A DNA stretch of 64,000 nt from Pristiophorus japonicus (taxonomy: Eukaryota): the NCBI RefSeq assembly GCF_044704955.1, contig NC_091999.1, positions 26,784,001-26,848,000 of the forward strand, written 5' to 3'. Below the pieces are notes generated by a model. It worked only from the letters and a program-made list of their open reading frames with translations, was not told where the DNA came from and made no database searches. Every line of letters starts with the position of its first letter. Position 1 is the stretch's first letter. Of this stretch, positions 36,958 through 49,718 are shown one piece after another. A program made the translations under genes and the position numbers.

Positions 36958-39900
36958 CTACTGGACGGGCAGATTAGACACAAAAAGCTGACCAAACTAA
37001 CAACGAATGAGGAGAGAATTACCTTGATAAATTCTCCTTGCAAAGTAACCAGAGATGCAACGAATCTGAAGCAGAGTCTGTGCAGCCAGTAAATCCAGTT
37101 GAGCGGTGCGTCAGGACACTGTAAGTAAATACATGTGTCGGGAGAATAAGTACTGTACGGGATATTGGGCTAAAAGCCTCGGTGTAAATAGTTCCGCTTT
37201 AGTAAAGGTGGGTAAAATGGGAACTGGGGAAAAAGCCCCAGTGTAAGAAATGGCAACGGAATCTGCCAAGGCCCTTGGAGGGCTGAGGTATAAACTACCA
37301 GAAGAGTTTCTGAGAGATAAATCTGAAAAGGTTAAGAAGATGGTTAAGGCTGGATATGATGAAGGGAAAAAGAGCAGTTTAACAGCCGGAAAGATGAATA
37401 GAAATATACCCGAAGTTGAGATGGACAGAGAAAGTGACAAAAGACAAGAGGCGGTAAGTATAAAAATAGATATAGTTGACAAAAGGGAATGGACAGAGGA
37501 ATTTGGCCCAAATTTGTATCCCCCACTAACAGGGTTATGATTAGGAGCCGAAGAAAATAAAGGATTTATTGGGGGCCAGAAGTATTGCTAAGCAGATATT
37601 TTTCGGAAGACCATAATAAAAACTGTTAGTGACTATCTTAAGTGAAATATGGATCCAAAATTAGAGCCGGCCAAACAATAAGCTTTGTTGAATGAAGAGA
37701 GACTTTTGTGAATGTCTGTCTTTGAATGAAAGTGCTTCTGTGATTGTTGACTGCGGAATATTTGAGGTGGGAATTAATGAATTTTTCAAGTGTCTGAAAG
37801 CCTACTTCAGAAAGTGGTGGAGCTGTCTGTTGTTTTGGCCCCACCTACTTTTTCAAACAGAGTGAACGTTTTTTTTAACCCTTTACAGTGTTGTCCTGTT
37901 TGAGGGAAGTTTTAAGAAACTATGAACCTAGAATTGAATTACATCTTCATTTAGAAATCCAGGTGTGGATTTATTCGGATGATATGTTATGGAGTTAGGA
38001 AATGCACAAAGGATAGGTTTGTTGAGCAAAAGATAACAAATGCGAGGTCCCGTTGGTTTAAATTGTTTTTTTCGACACGCTCACTTGTCAAAAGAAAACA
38101 CGTATGCATTGATTACATTTTGTTGAAAGAAAATACATTTAGTCTAGGAATGAAATAAAGAACGATGAAGGGAAATTGTAATGCCTTAAAAAAAGAAGCC
38201 TGCGTGGGTGTCTCAAGGCTGTGGGCTTGGGAAATACGCCCCCATATTCCTTTGTGTAAAATCTTGATGCGAAAGCTTCTAGCTCTGTAAAAAGATTTTT
38301 AAATAAAAGATTGGCAATACAATATTTGAATTGGGACTTTGAGATATTTCAGGTGATTCTCCTTGACAAACATTTTGGTTGTATTGGAAAATATTGTGTT
38401 TGGAAGCCTTTTAATAAAAGTAAACATACTGTGTCAGAAGCTGAAGCTTAAAAAGATTACATTTATGAGATACTGTATCACAAAATTGAAGTTGCAGCGC
38501 AAAAGATTAGAGTTTTTGACGTTCAGCTTCTAAAACAGAGGATAGGCACATATTTATAAAACAAGTACTTTGCATTCTGTGATCTGTGACTCACTATAAG
38601 CATAAATGAGAAGTCCGATTAAAAAACAGTTTTACCATACTTGACATTTCATAATCCAACAAGAAATACAAATACAACAAAAGGGGAGCAGAAATTAGGA
38701 TGGAAGAAGTGAACAGTTAATTTTGTTGTGAAGATTTCAAGTACCACTGTTTAAGAAAATACACAACATAAAAACTTAAATCTGATCTCTTAAAAAAAAA
38801 GAAATAAAACTATAATGTTTCGAAACAATGTAGAAATGCCTTCAGGGATCAGGGCAAATCCTGGGCAAGTGGGGAGCTACCTGTGAAAGTTAAAACGGCA
38901 GGCTTTAGCAGTTTAGAACAAAGGAAAATATAAGTTGAACTTGTGACTTCAGATACGGTGGTTGAAGAACCACAGAAAATGAGTCGTAAAGGCTTTGAAA
39001 CTGGAACAATTGAGATAACGGAAAGCAGTTATCAAAGTCTATGTGTTAGACTCTGTTCTAGTTATGATAAAGACATTTGAGATAACGGAAAGCAGGATTT
39101 AAAGTAAATCCCAAAAAGGCACAAATCGGACAAGCTGTGGTACAGTACCTGGGACATAAAATATCGCAAGGAACTCGGACCATGTCCAATGACAGGAAGG
39201 AGGACATTAGGATTATGCCCCGACCAAAACCAGCCTGAGGGGGGTGTAAGATATTGGGGTTCTTTTGTTTTTGCAGGAATTTTGTACCTAACCACAGCAA
39301 TTGCAGAACCAATACAGTGGCTAGTGAAAGGAAAATCCGGTTGAAATGGAAATGGTAAGACTCTAACTAAAACCTGGAATATCCAGGATGTGTTTTATCA
39401 ACAGAATATAAACGTGATCATCACCGTCCTTCCGATTCTACAAGGACAAGCTGCAAGGCCGCCCCAAGGGGGCCCAGAAGCATTTTACCACACCAGAGGC
39501 TACGTAAAGCAGCCTCTAGGGGGCGGCATCTAAGTGTCAGGAGCGTTTGTCTTGAAGCCATAAGATAAGTGTGTAAAAAAGGTTACCTGAATATTGTAAA
39601 CCAGGGGAATTAACCTTGGGAAATTGCGTGGTAGTTAAACCTGGAACAGAAGTAATGTTGTTATTTGACAATGGCCAGCATGAAATGTGACCTGTGAGCA
39701 TAAATTGAACAGCCAGAAAAAAGTAGCCACAAGACGAAAGCTTTGTAAACATGATTGCTAGACACAATGCTGAGAATAGCTAGTGACACATCAGGAGCAA
39801 GGGAGTAACACAAGAAGCTGAGACACAAAGAAGGAAGACAGAGGAGATCTATAGCAAATGACGTATTAGCTGTACAGGGACATCTCTAGTAGATACACCA

Positions 39901-40266
39901 GATATACAGGCGATCCAGGCAGGTGTAGATAGTTTGAGGGGAACAACGGAGTTACTAATCAGGAATCAGACCAGGATTGGGATACAGTCTTCACAGTTAG
40001 GATACAAAACTTCCAAAAAAATGCTACAGGGTGTATCCGTATTAGAAGGCCATGCACGAACAATTAACGAGCTAAATAAGCAGGAATTGAGAGGACGATG
40101 CTGAGGACAGGAAAAGAGACACATGTCATGCCTATGGGAGATGGATGATTGGTCAGGTGAGACACAATATGGATCAGATACAAACCGGGCGAGTTACAGA
40201 TTCAATAAATAGCACCCAGTTGAAAGTAATGGCACAACACACTGGGCCATTAGATGCATGTACCCT

Positions 40267-43200
40267 GAAACATAGAAACATAGAAACATAGAAAAAGGTT
40301 GCAGGAATAGACCATTCGCCCCTTCGAGCCTGCACCAACATTCAATAAGATCATGGCTGATCATTCACCTCAGTACCACTTTCCTGCTTTCGCTACACAA
40401 ACGTTGATCCCATTAACTTAAGGGCCATATCCAACTCCCTCTTGAATATATCTGATGAACTGACATCAACAACGTTCTGCGGAAGAGAATTCCACAGGTT
40501 AACAACTCTCAAAGTGAAGAAGTTTCTCCTCATCTCGGTCCTAAATGGCTTTTCCCTTGTCCTCAGACTGTGACCACTGGTTCTGGACTTCCCCAACATC
40601 GGGAACATTCTTCGTGCATCTAACCTGCCCAGTCCCATCAGAATGTTTTTGAGGTCCCCTCTCATTCTTCTAAACTCCAGTGAATACAGGCCCAGTCGAT
40701 ACTATCTCTCCTCATAAGTCAGTCCTGCCATACCGGAAATCAGTCTGGTGAACCTTTGCTGCACTCCTTCAATAGCATGAACGTCCTTCCTCAGATTAGA
40801 ACAAAACTGAACACAGTATTCCAGGTGAGGCCTCACCAAGGCCTAGTACAGCTGCTATATTCAAATCCCCAAGATATGGGGCCAACATGCTCTTTGCCTT
40901 CTTTCTGTCTGCTGCACCTGCATGCCAACCATCAATGACTGATGTACCATGACACCCGGATCTCGTTGCACCTCCCCTTTTCCTCATCTGCCGCCATTCA
41001 AATAATATTCTGCCTTCCTGTTTCTGCCACCAAAGTGCATAACCTCACATTTATCCACATTACACTACATCTGCCATGCAATTGCCCACTCACCAAACCT
41101 GTCCAAATCAACCTGCAGCCTCTTAGCATTCTCCTCACATTTCACACCGCCATCCAGCATAATGTCATCTGCAAACCTGGAGATATTATACAAAATTCCT
41201 TCATCTAAATCATTGATGTATATTGTAAATTGCTGGCGTCCCAGCACTGAGCCCTGCAGCACCCCACTAGTCACTGCCTGCCATTATAAAAATAACCCGT
41301 TTATTCCGACTCTCTGCTTCCTGTCTGCCAGCCAGTTCCCTATCCACGTCAATACATTATCCCCAATACCATGTGCTTTAATTTTGCTCACCAACCTCTT
41401 GTGTGGGACCTTGTCAAAAGCATTTTGAAAGTCCCACTACATCATATCCACTGGTTCTCCCTTGTCGACTCTGCTTGTTACATCCTCACAAAATTCTAGA
41501 AGATTTGTCAAGCTTGATTTTCCTTTCATAAATCCACGCTGACTTGGACCAATCCTGTCACTGCTTTATAAATGGGCTGCTATTTCATCTTTAAAAATTA
41601 ATTACAACATTTTCCCCACCACTGATGTCAGGCTAACCGGTCTATAATTCTCCGTTTTCTCTCTCCCTCCTTTTTCAAAATGTGGTGTTAAATTCGCTAC
41701 CCTCCAGTCCATACAAACTGATCGAGAATCGATGGACTGTTGGAAAATAATCACCAATGCATCCACTATTTCTAGGGCCACTTCCTTAGTACTCTGGGAT
41801 GCAGACCATCAGGCCCCGGGGATTTATCGGCCTTTAGTCCCATCAATTTCCCTAACACAATTTCCCACAAATAAGGATTTTCTTCAGTTCCTCCTTCTCG
41901 CTAGCCCCTCGGTCACGTATCATTTCCAGAAGATTATGCGCATCTTCCTTCGTGAAGGCAGAACCAAAGTATTTATTCAACTGGTCTACCATTTCTTTGT
42001 TCCCTATTCACCTGAATCTTACTGCAAGGGACCTACGTTTGCCTTCACTACTCTTTTTCTCCTCACATATTTATAGAAGTGTTTATGTTTCCAGCAAGTT
42101 TCCTCTCATACTCTATTTTCCCCCTCCGAATTAAACCCTTTGTCCTCCTCTGCTGAATTCTAAATATCTCCGCGTCCTCGGGTTGATGCTTTTTCTGACC
42201 AATTTATAAGTCTCTTCCTTGGATTTAACGCTATCCTTAATTTCCCTTGTTAGCCACGGTTGAGCCACCTTCCCCGTTTTATTTTTACTCCAGACAGGGA
42301 TGTACAATTGTTGAAGTTCATCCATGTGATCTTTATATATTTTCCATTGCCTATCTGCCGTCAACCCTTTATGTATCATTTCCCAGTCTATTCTAGCAAA
42401 TTCATGTCTCATACCATCGAATTTACCTTTCCTTAAGTTGAGGACCCCAGTCTCAGAATTAACCGTTTCACTCTCCACCTTAACAAAGAATTCTACCTTA
42501 TTGTGGTTACTCTTCCCCAAGGGGCCTCGCACAACAAGATTGCTAATTAGTCCTTTCTCATTACACATCAAGCAGTCTAGGATGGCCAGCCGTCTAGATG
42601 GTCCCTCGACATATTGGTCGAGAAAATCATCCCTAATACACTCCAGCAAATCCTCCTCCACCGTATTGTGACCAGTTTGGTTAGCCCAATCTATATGTAA
42701 ATTAAAGTCGCCCATGATAACTGATGTACCTTTATTGCACACATCCCTACTTCCTTGTTGGATGCTGTCAGCAAACTCACTACGATTGTTTGGTGGTACA
42801 CAACTCCCACTAGCGTTTTTGTCCCTTTGATATTCCACAGATCCACCCACGTAGAATCCACGCAAATGTCCTTCCTGACTATTGTGTTAATTTCCTCTTC
42901 AACCAGAAATGCCACCCTACCTCCTTTTCCTTTGTGTCTATCCTTCCTGACTGGTGAATATCCCTGGATGTTGCGTTCGCAGTCTTCGTCACCCTTGAGC
43001 CATTTCTCCGTGATGCCAATTACATCATATTCATTAATTGCTGCCTGTGCAGTTAATTTGTCCACCTTATTACGAATACTCCTCGCATTGAGGCACAGTG
43101 CCTTCAGGCTTGTTATCTTAACACACCTTGTCCCTTTAGAATTTTGCTGCAATGTGGCCCTTTTTGATTTTTGCCTTGGATTTCTCTGCCCTCCACCCTT

Positions 43201-43500
43201 ACTATTTTACCCCAAAGGTTCCCATCCCGCTGCCATATCAGTTTAACCCCTCCCCAACAACACGAGCAAACTCTCCCTCGTGGACATTGGTTCTGCTGAG
43301 GTTTGCACAGGTCCCAGCTCCCCCAGAACGGTTCCAATGTCCCAAGAAATTGAATCCCTCCCTTCTGCAACACACATTCATCTGAACTATCCTGCGCTTC
43401 CTACTCTGAAAAGTGGTAGCTATCCCTGAGATTGCTACCTTTGAGGTCCGATTTGGTAATTTAGCTCCCAGCTCCCTAATTTCAGCTTATAATTCCTCAG
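40267..43500 (-). mobile_element. Long CR1 (ORF1 3' part, EN, RT, tail), inactive
   Basis: (GAAACATA)n at left end; LCLNARSIRNK, MGDFN, QGSVLG, FADD on the minus strand. Confidence 0.95.
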
Positions 43501-43682
43501 ACACAGGGAGTCAGACTCAAACACATGAAGAGCACTCTAAAGACAGAGAGTGAGAGGCACAGATACATTGCACAATCCCATTTCTTTGAATGTTACAAAG
43601 TTATCGACAAATGCAGATTCAACAGAATAGATTCGGGTATAACTGAGCAAGATGGGAGGAAATCGGTTTGAATTTAAAGATG

Positions 43683-43754
43683 TACCAGGAGAGGGGTTCG
43701 AACCCACGCACGTATAAACCCATCGGAATGCCTTAACAACTCGGCCATCCTGGT
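43683..43754 (-). pseudogene. tRNA-Leu(TAA)-derived pseudogene lacking the anticodon loop
   Basis: Reverse complement ACCAGGATGGCCGAGTTGTTAAGGC...GCGTGGGTTCGAACCCCTCTCCTGGTA; about 11 nt of anticodon arm missing. Confidence 0.85.
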
Positions 43755-43849
43755 TTTGTCAATATTCGGATTTTGTCTCTGTGAGAATCTGGGCTGCAGC
43801 TCCACTCTCACAGACACAGGTTTTCAATGAGCATGTTCGAATATTTATA

Positions 43850-44100
43850 GTAATATTGACACAGGGGCAACTCTCCTGTTCTTTTTTGAGTAATGCACTG
43901 GGAACTTTCACATCCACCCGAGGGTGCAGACGGAGCTTCAATTTAACATTTTATCCCAAAGTCAACAGCTTCAACAATGCAAAATTCCCCAAATACTGCA
44001 TTTGAGTGTCAGCCAAGATTATATGCTCAAGTCGCAGGAGTGGGACTTGCACACACAACCTCCTTATTCAGTCGAGGATGCTGCCACTGAACCAAAGCCG
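43850..44100 (-). mobile_element. DeuSINE 5' half upstream of tRNA-Leu (also at 47030-47285, 59338-59590, 62855-63105)
   Basis: Homologous to 1930-2190. Confidence 0.7.
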
Positions 44101-44193
44101 ATACCAAAGTTCACATCCGTATTATTTTCCCCAAGTCTTTTTATAAAGTATCAGGACATACAGAAGTAATATTCAACATTTTAAAAATGCTTC

Positions 44194-44264
44194 ATCCTGG
44201 TCGGGGAATTGAACGCCAAAACGTGCGTGACAGAGCGGGATATTAACTAAGACACGAATGAGGA
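44194..44264 (-). pseudogene. tRNA-Asp(GTC) pseudogene
   Basis: Reverse complement TCCTCATT...TATCCCGCTCTGTCACGC...GTTCAATTCCCCGAC; stems disrupted. Confidence 0.75.
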
Positions 44265-44734
44265 GCTGAAGGGTGTGGATTCTGTCAGTGCAGGAATCGA
44301 GCTCAGAACAGAAATGGACACCATGAGAAGTAGACAGGCACATTGAGAGACAGAGATAAACCGACAAACAGGGAGAGACAGACAGCGAGTTCGAGACAAC
44401 GTGAGACAGAAAGTGTGAGACTGAGAAGGAGAGGCAGACTGCGTGAGAAAAAGACTCAAACTTATACATATACAGATAGAAAGAGAGAGAGGGAAACAGT
44501 GAGAGAAAGACAGTGATAAAGACAGTAACAAGGAGAGAGACAGATGAAGAGTGAGCGACAGATAGAGAGATATACAGAGATATAAACAGAAAAAGATGGA
44601 AATACTCAGCAGGTTAGAGACAGGAACTAACAGAGACAGGCAAAGAGAGACAGACAGGTAGAGACATAGACAGACGGAGATGATGGGAATGAGAGAGACA
44701 GTCAGACAGATAGACTGAGAGAATCCCACTGGAA

Positions 44735-46419
44735 CCTTCCTAGGGGACTGTGGGTCTCGTGAGAATGAGGAACTGAAAGATATCCTTATTGGCGGGAAAT
44801 TGTGTTTGGGAAATTGATGGGATTAAAGGCCGATAAATCCCCGGGTCCTGATAGTCTGCATCCCAGAGTACTTAAGGAAGTGGCCCTAGAAATAGTGGAT
44901 GCATTGGTGATCATTTTCCAACAATCTATCGACTCTGGGTCAGTTCGTATGGACTGGAGGGTAGCTAATGTGATGGCACTTTTTGAAAAAAGGAGGGAGA
45001 GAGAAAGCGCGTAATTCTAGACCGGTTAGCCTGACATCAGTCGTGGGGAAAATATTGGAATCAATCATTAAGGATGAAATAGCAGCCCATTTGGAAAGCA
45101 GTGACAGTATCGGACCGAGTCAGCATGGATTTATGAAAGTGAAATCACGCTTGACGAATATTCTGGAATTTTTTGAGGATGTAACGAGTAGAGTTGACAA
45201 GGGAGAAACAGTGGATGTGGTGTATTTGGACTTTCAATAGGCTTTTGACAAGGTCCCGCACTAGTGATTGGTGCACAAAATCAAAGTGCATGTTATTGGG
45301 ATTAATGTACTGACATGGACAGAGAACTGGTTGGCAGACAGAAAGCAGAGAATCTGGATAAACGGGTCCTTTTCAGACTGGCAGTAAGTGACTAGTGGGG
45401 TGTCGCAGGGCTCAGTGCTGGGACTCCAGCTCTTTACAATATACAAGAACAATTTAGTTGAAGGAATAGAGTGTAATATCTCCAAGTTTGCGGATGACAC
45501 GAAACTGGGTGGCGGTACGAGCTGTGAGGAGGACGCTAAGAGGCTGCAGGGTGAATTGGACAGATTAGGTGAGTGGGCAAATACATGGCAGATGCAGTAT
45601 AATGTGGATAAATGTGAGGTTATCAATTTTGGGGGCAAAAACACGAAGGCAGAATATTATCAGAATGGCGGAACACTAGAAAAAGTTGAGGTGCAATGAG
45701 ACCTTGGTGTTATGGTTCATCAGTCACTGAAAGTGGGCATGCAGGTACAGCAGGTGGTAAAGAAGGCAAATGGTATGTTGGCCTTCATAACTAGGGGATT
45801 TGAATATAGGAGCCAGGAGATCTTACTGCAGTTGTACAAGGCCTTAGTGAGGACACACCTGGAATATTGTGTTCAGTTTTGGTTTCCTAGTCTGAGGAAG
45901 GACGTTCTTGCTGTTGAGGGAGTGCAGCGAAGGTTCACCAGACTGATTCCAGGGATGGCAGGACTGTCATATGAGGAGAGATTGGATCAACTAGGCCTTT
46001 AATCACTGGCGTTTAGAATGATGAGAGGGGATCTCATAGAATCATATAAGATTCTGACGGGACTGCACAGGTTAGATTCGGGAAGAATGTTCTCGATGTT
46101 GGGGAAGCCAGAACCAGGTGACATAGTCTTAGGATAAGGGGTAGGCCATTTAGCAGTGAGATGAGGAGAAACTTTTTCACTTAGAGATTGTTGACCTGTG
46201 GAATTCCCTGCCACAGAGAGTTGTTGAAGCCAGTTCATTGGATATATTCAAGAGGGAGTTAGATATGGTGCTTACGGTTAAGTGGATGAAGTGGTATGGA
46301 GAGAAAAACAGGAAAGGGTATCTGAAGGAATGATCAGCCATGATCATATTCAATGGCGGTGCAGGCTCGAAGGGCCTAATGACCTACTCCTGCAGTTATT
46401 TTCTATGTTTCTATGTTTC
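44735..46419 (+). mobile_element. 5'-truncated CR1 (RT and 3' UTR) within GA-rich repeat
   Basis: ORFs 44802-46002 carry RT motifs; CTATGTTT tail. Confidence 0.95.
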
Positions 46420-46837
46420 AAAAACAGAAAATGATGGAAATACTCATCAGATTAGAGACAGGGACAAAATGAGACAGGCAAAGACACGGACAGGGATGAT
46501 GGGAAAGAGAGAGACAGTCAGACAGAGAGTCTGAGAGAATCCCATTGGAACAGAACTGGACAGCGTGAGAAAGAGACAGATTGAGAGACAGAGACAAACA
46601 GAGAACCAGGCACAGACAGTGTGCGTCAGAGAGAGGCAGACTGAGGGAGACAAAGGCTCAAGCACACAAACACATACACAGCTCTCTAAAGAGAGAAAGT
46701 CAGAGACTGAGATACACAGATACATTTCACAATTTCATTTCATGATCGGCTCAGAGTGTCACAGAGTTACAGATTCAACAGATGAAAATCCGGTGTCACT
46801 GGGCAGGATGCGAAAAATCTCTGTTAAATTAAAGAGA

Positions 46838-46919
46838 TTCTAGGATTGGGGTTCGAATCCACGTGGGAAAAACCCATTGAATTTAAAGGCCAACGCCGTA
46901 ACCACTCGCCCATCCTGGT
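46838..46919 (-). pseudogene. tRNA-Leu-derived pseudogene, full length, anticodon mutated to TTA
   Basis: Reverse complement ACCAGGATGGGCGAGTGGTTACGGCGTTGGC-CTTTAAA-TTCAA...GGATTCGAACCCC; stem mismatches. Confidence 0.8.
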
Positions 46920-47451
46920 CTGTGTAGCGTTTGGATTCTGTCTCTGTGAGAATGTGGCCTTCAGCTCCACCCCCACAGCAACATACACACATACCGATCG
47001 GGTTTCAGTGAGCATTTACGAACATTTTTAGTAATATTGAGACGGGCACAACTCTCCTATTCTTTTTCGTGGAATGTTCTGGGAACTTTCACATTCACCC
47101 GAGGTTGCAGACGGAGCTTCAATTTAACATTTCAGCCGAAGGTCAACAGCTTCAACAATGCAAAATTCCCCAAATACTGCATTTGAGTGTCATCCAAGAT
47201 TATCTGCTCAAGTCTCAGGAGTGGGACTTGCACACACAACCTCCCGATTCAGTGGAGAATGGAGCCAATGAACCAAGGCCGATACCAAAGATCACAACCG
47301 TATTATTTTCCCCAAGTTTTTAAAACATTTCCAGGACATACCAAATTCATGGTGATGATTTGCATCGACAGTTGCACATACACAGAGACATACATATAGA
47401 TAGACATACACAGACACGCGCACACACAATAACCAAAAATATACACGCATC

Positions 47452-48180
47452 AACATAGAAACATAGAAAAATAGAAATTTGTTGCAGTAGCAGGCCATTC
47501 AGCCCTTCGAGCCTGCACCGCCATTCTTTAAGATCATGGCTGATCATTCAACCTCAGTACCCATTTCCTGCTTTCTCTCCATAACTCTTGAACCCTTGAG
47601 CCGTAAGGGCCATATCTAACTCCCTCTTCAATATATCTAACTAACTGGCCTCAAGAACTTTCTGCGGTCGAGAATTCCACAGGTTAACCACTCTCTGAGT
47701 GAAGACGTTTCTCCTCATCTCGGTCCTAAATGGCTTACCCCTTATTCTTAGACTGTGACCCCTGGTTCTCGAACTCCCCAGTAACGGAAACATTCTTCCT
47801 GCCTCTCACTTGTCAAATTTCGTCAGAATTTTATGTGTTTCTATGAGATCCCCTCTCATACTTCTAAACTCCAGTGGATACCAGCCCAGTTGATCCAGTC
47901 TCTCTTCCTATGTCAGTCCTGCCATCCCGGGAATCATGCTGGTGAACCTTCGCTACACTCCCTCAATAGCAAGGACGTCCTTCCTCAGATTTGGAGACCA
48001 AAACTGAACACAATATTCCAGGTGTGGCGTCACCAATGCCCTGTACAACTGCAGTAAAACATCCCTGCTCCTATACTCAAATCCCCTAGCTATGAAGGCG
48101 AACATGCCATTTGCCTTCTTCACCGCCTGCTGCACCTGCACACCAACAATCAATGACTGATTTACCATGACACCCAGATC
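47452..48180 (-). mobile_element. 5'-truncated CR1
   Basis: AACATAGAAACATAG tail; LVTPHLEYCVQFWSP on the minus strand. Confidence 0.95.
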
Positions 48181-48514
48181 AAGATATACAGAGGTTGCCT
48201 TGGACAAATAGATGGATAGACAGGCAGGGTCACTGTCGCTACTTTGTCTGGCTTTTGCGTTTTTCAGTCGAGGATGCTGCCACTGAACCAAAGCCGATAC
48301 CAAAGTTCACAATCGTATTATTTTCCCCAAGTCTTTTTAAAAAGTTCCAGGACAAACCAAATTCATGGTGATGATTTCCACAGACAGTTGCACATACACA
48401 GCGACATATATACAGATAGACAGACACAGAGACTCACACACACATAACCAAAAATATACATGCACCAACGGACATGCACAGATGCCTTAGACATCTCGAG
48501 GGATAGACAGGCTT

Positions 48515-49310
48515 TTTGGTCCAGAGCCAGGGTCGCCGCAACCGAACCCATCTGTCCCGGGAAAGATGATCCGAGCCGGGGCTGCTCATCGCGTCCGTCC
48601 GCGCCGCCGCTAAAACCATGGCCGGAGGCGGGCCCTTATCAAAAGCGCAAGGCCTTGAGCTGCGCCGGCTCAAAGGGTTCCTCGCTGGGCTGCTGAAGGA
48701 GTGGAGGTCAACAAAAGACTCCGCTCCCTCCCCCACAATAGGTTAGGTAGAGGTTGCACTATGCTTTTGTCATGAAGATAACCATAGCCAGCCTCAACAT
48801 CAACGGCGTAGATTTAACAATTTTTCGCTCCTGCGGGAGGGGAAATATGAGGTTTGCTTCCTGCAAGAAACCCACACCGTTCCGGGAGACGAAGCCACGT
48901 GGCTCCTGGAATGGCAAGAAGAGGTCCGCATGAGCCACCTCACCGCCACTTCTAGTGGGGTGGCCATCTTGTTGGCCCCGCATTTTCAGCCGGAGATCTT
49001 GGGGGTCGAGGAGCCCGTGCCAGGCCGCTTGCTGCACGTCACGGTTCGTCTGGGGGACGTGCAGCTCCATCTCGTGAACATGTACGCCCCTCAGCCCGGA
49101 CCGCAGCAAACGCGCTTCTTTGAAGAGGTGTCCGCTCTTCTTGGCTCCGTCGACGTCGGCGACTGCATTGTCCTCGTGGGAGATTTTAACTGCACCCTCG
49201 AGGCGAGGGACCGCTCCGGTGCCCCGCAGAGCATGACGGCGATGGAGAAGTTGAGGGACTTCTTGAGGCTATGGTGGGACGTGGGCAAGGCTCACTTCCA
49301 CGTCTTCTTG
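48515..49310 (+). mobile_element. Tx1/L1-clade LINE fragment (ORF1 end and ORF2 endonuclease, internally deleted)
   Basis: ATG 48772 MKITIASLNING, CFLQETH, SSGVAIL, GRLL, VNMYAP, GDFNC, then jumps to WWDVGKAH; GC/CpG-rich. Confidence 0.85.
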
Positions 49311-49718
49311 TGCTGAGGTATTGCTTCCTCTGACTTGGATATGGCGTTATATTAGAGTCTCATTCAGCGCTTTACCCGCCCGGCAAAAGTCCAATCCATT
49401 AATTATTTCGGTCATGACCCAGCACCCTCACATAAGATCCACCGCTTCACTCACTCCCTGTCACAACACCCAAACATCCCTTCCACTGGTACATTCAGTT
49501 CCTGTCCCACCATCCGCACGTCCCATACATTGATTCTTTCTGTACCTGTGCCAAACAGCACACGTCCCATCCGATGATTTCTTCAGTCCTTACCCACACA
49601 CCACAAGGCCCATTGGCTGGTTCATTTAATCCTGACACATTTCACACGTAATTGTTTGAGACAGCTGTTATTGCTCTCAATCTGAAATATAAATTCCCTG
49701 TTTTTCTCTTCCCTGCAG

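Larger units (their letters stand above)
36452..40266 (+). mobile_element. Deleted/non-autonomous lokiretrovirus-like ERV (family B): LTR-PBS-gag start-noncoding-RT thumb-env remnant
   Basis: Gag-like ORF 37250-37540; 39088-39300 RKAGFKVNPKKAQ..VQYLGHKISQG..CRNFVP; env RQRR|SIANDVLA at 39836, GHARTINEL, CHAYGRWMIGQVRHNMDQIQTGRV. Confidence 0.8.
32300..48180 (+). repeat. Segmental duplication unit A
   Basis: Colinear with 49304-64000 (32300/49304, 36452/53343, 40267/55747, 47452/63275). Confidence 0.95.
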
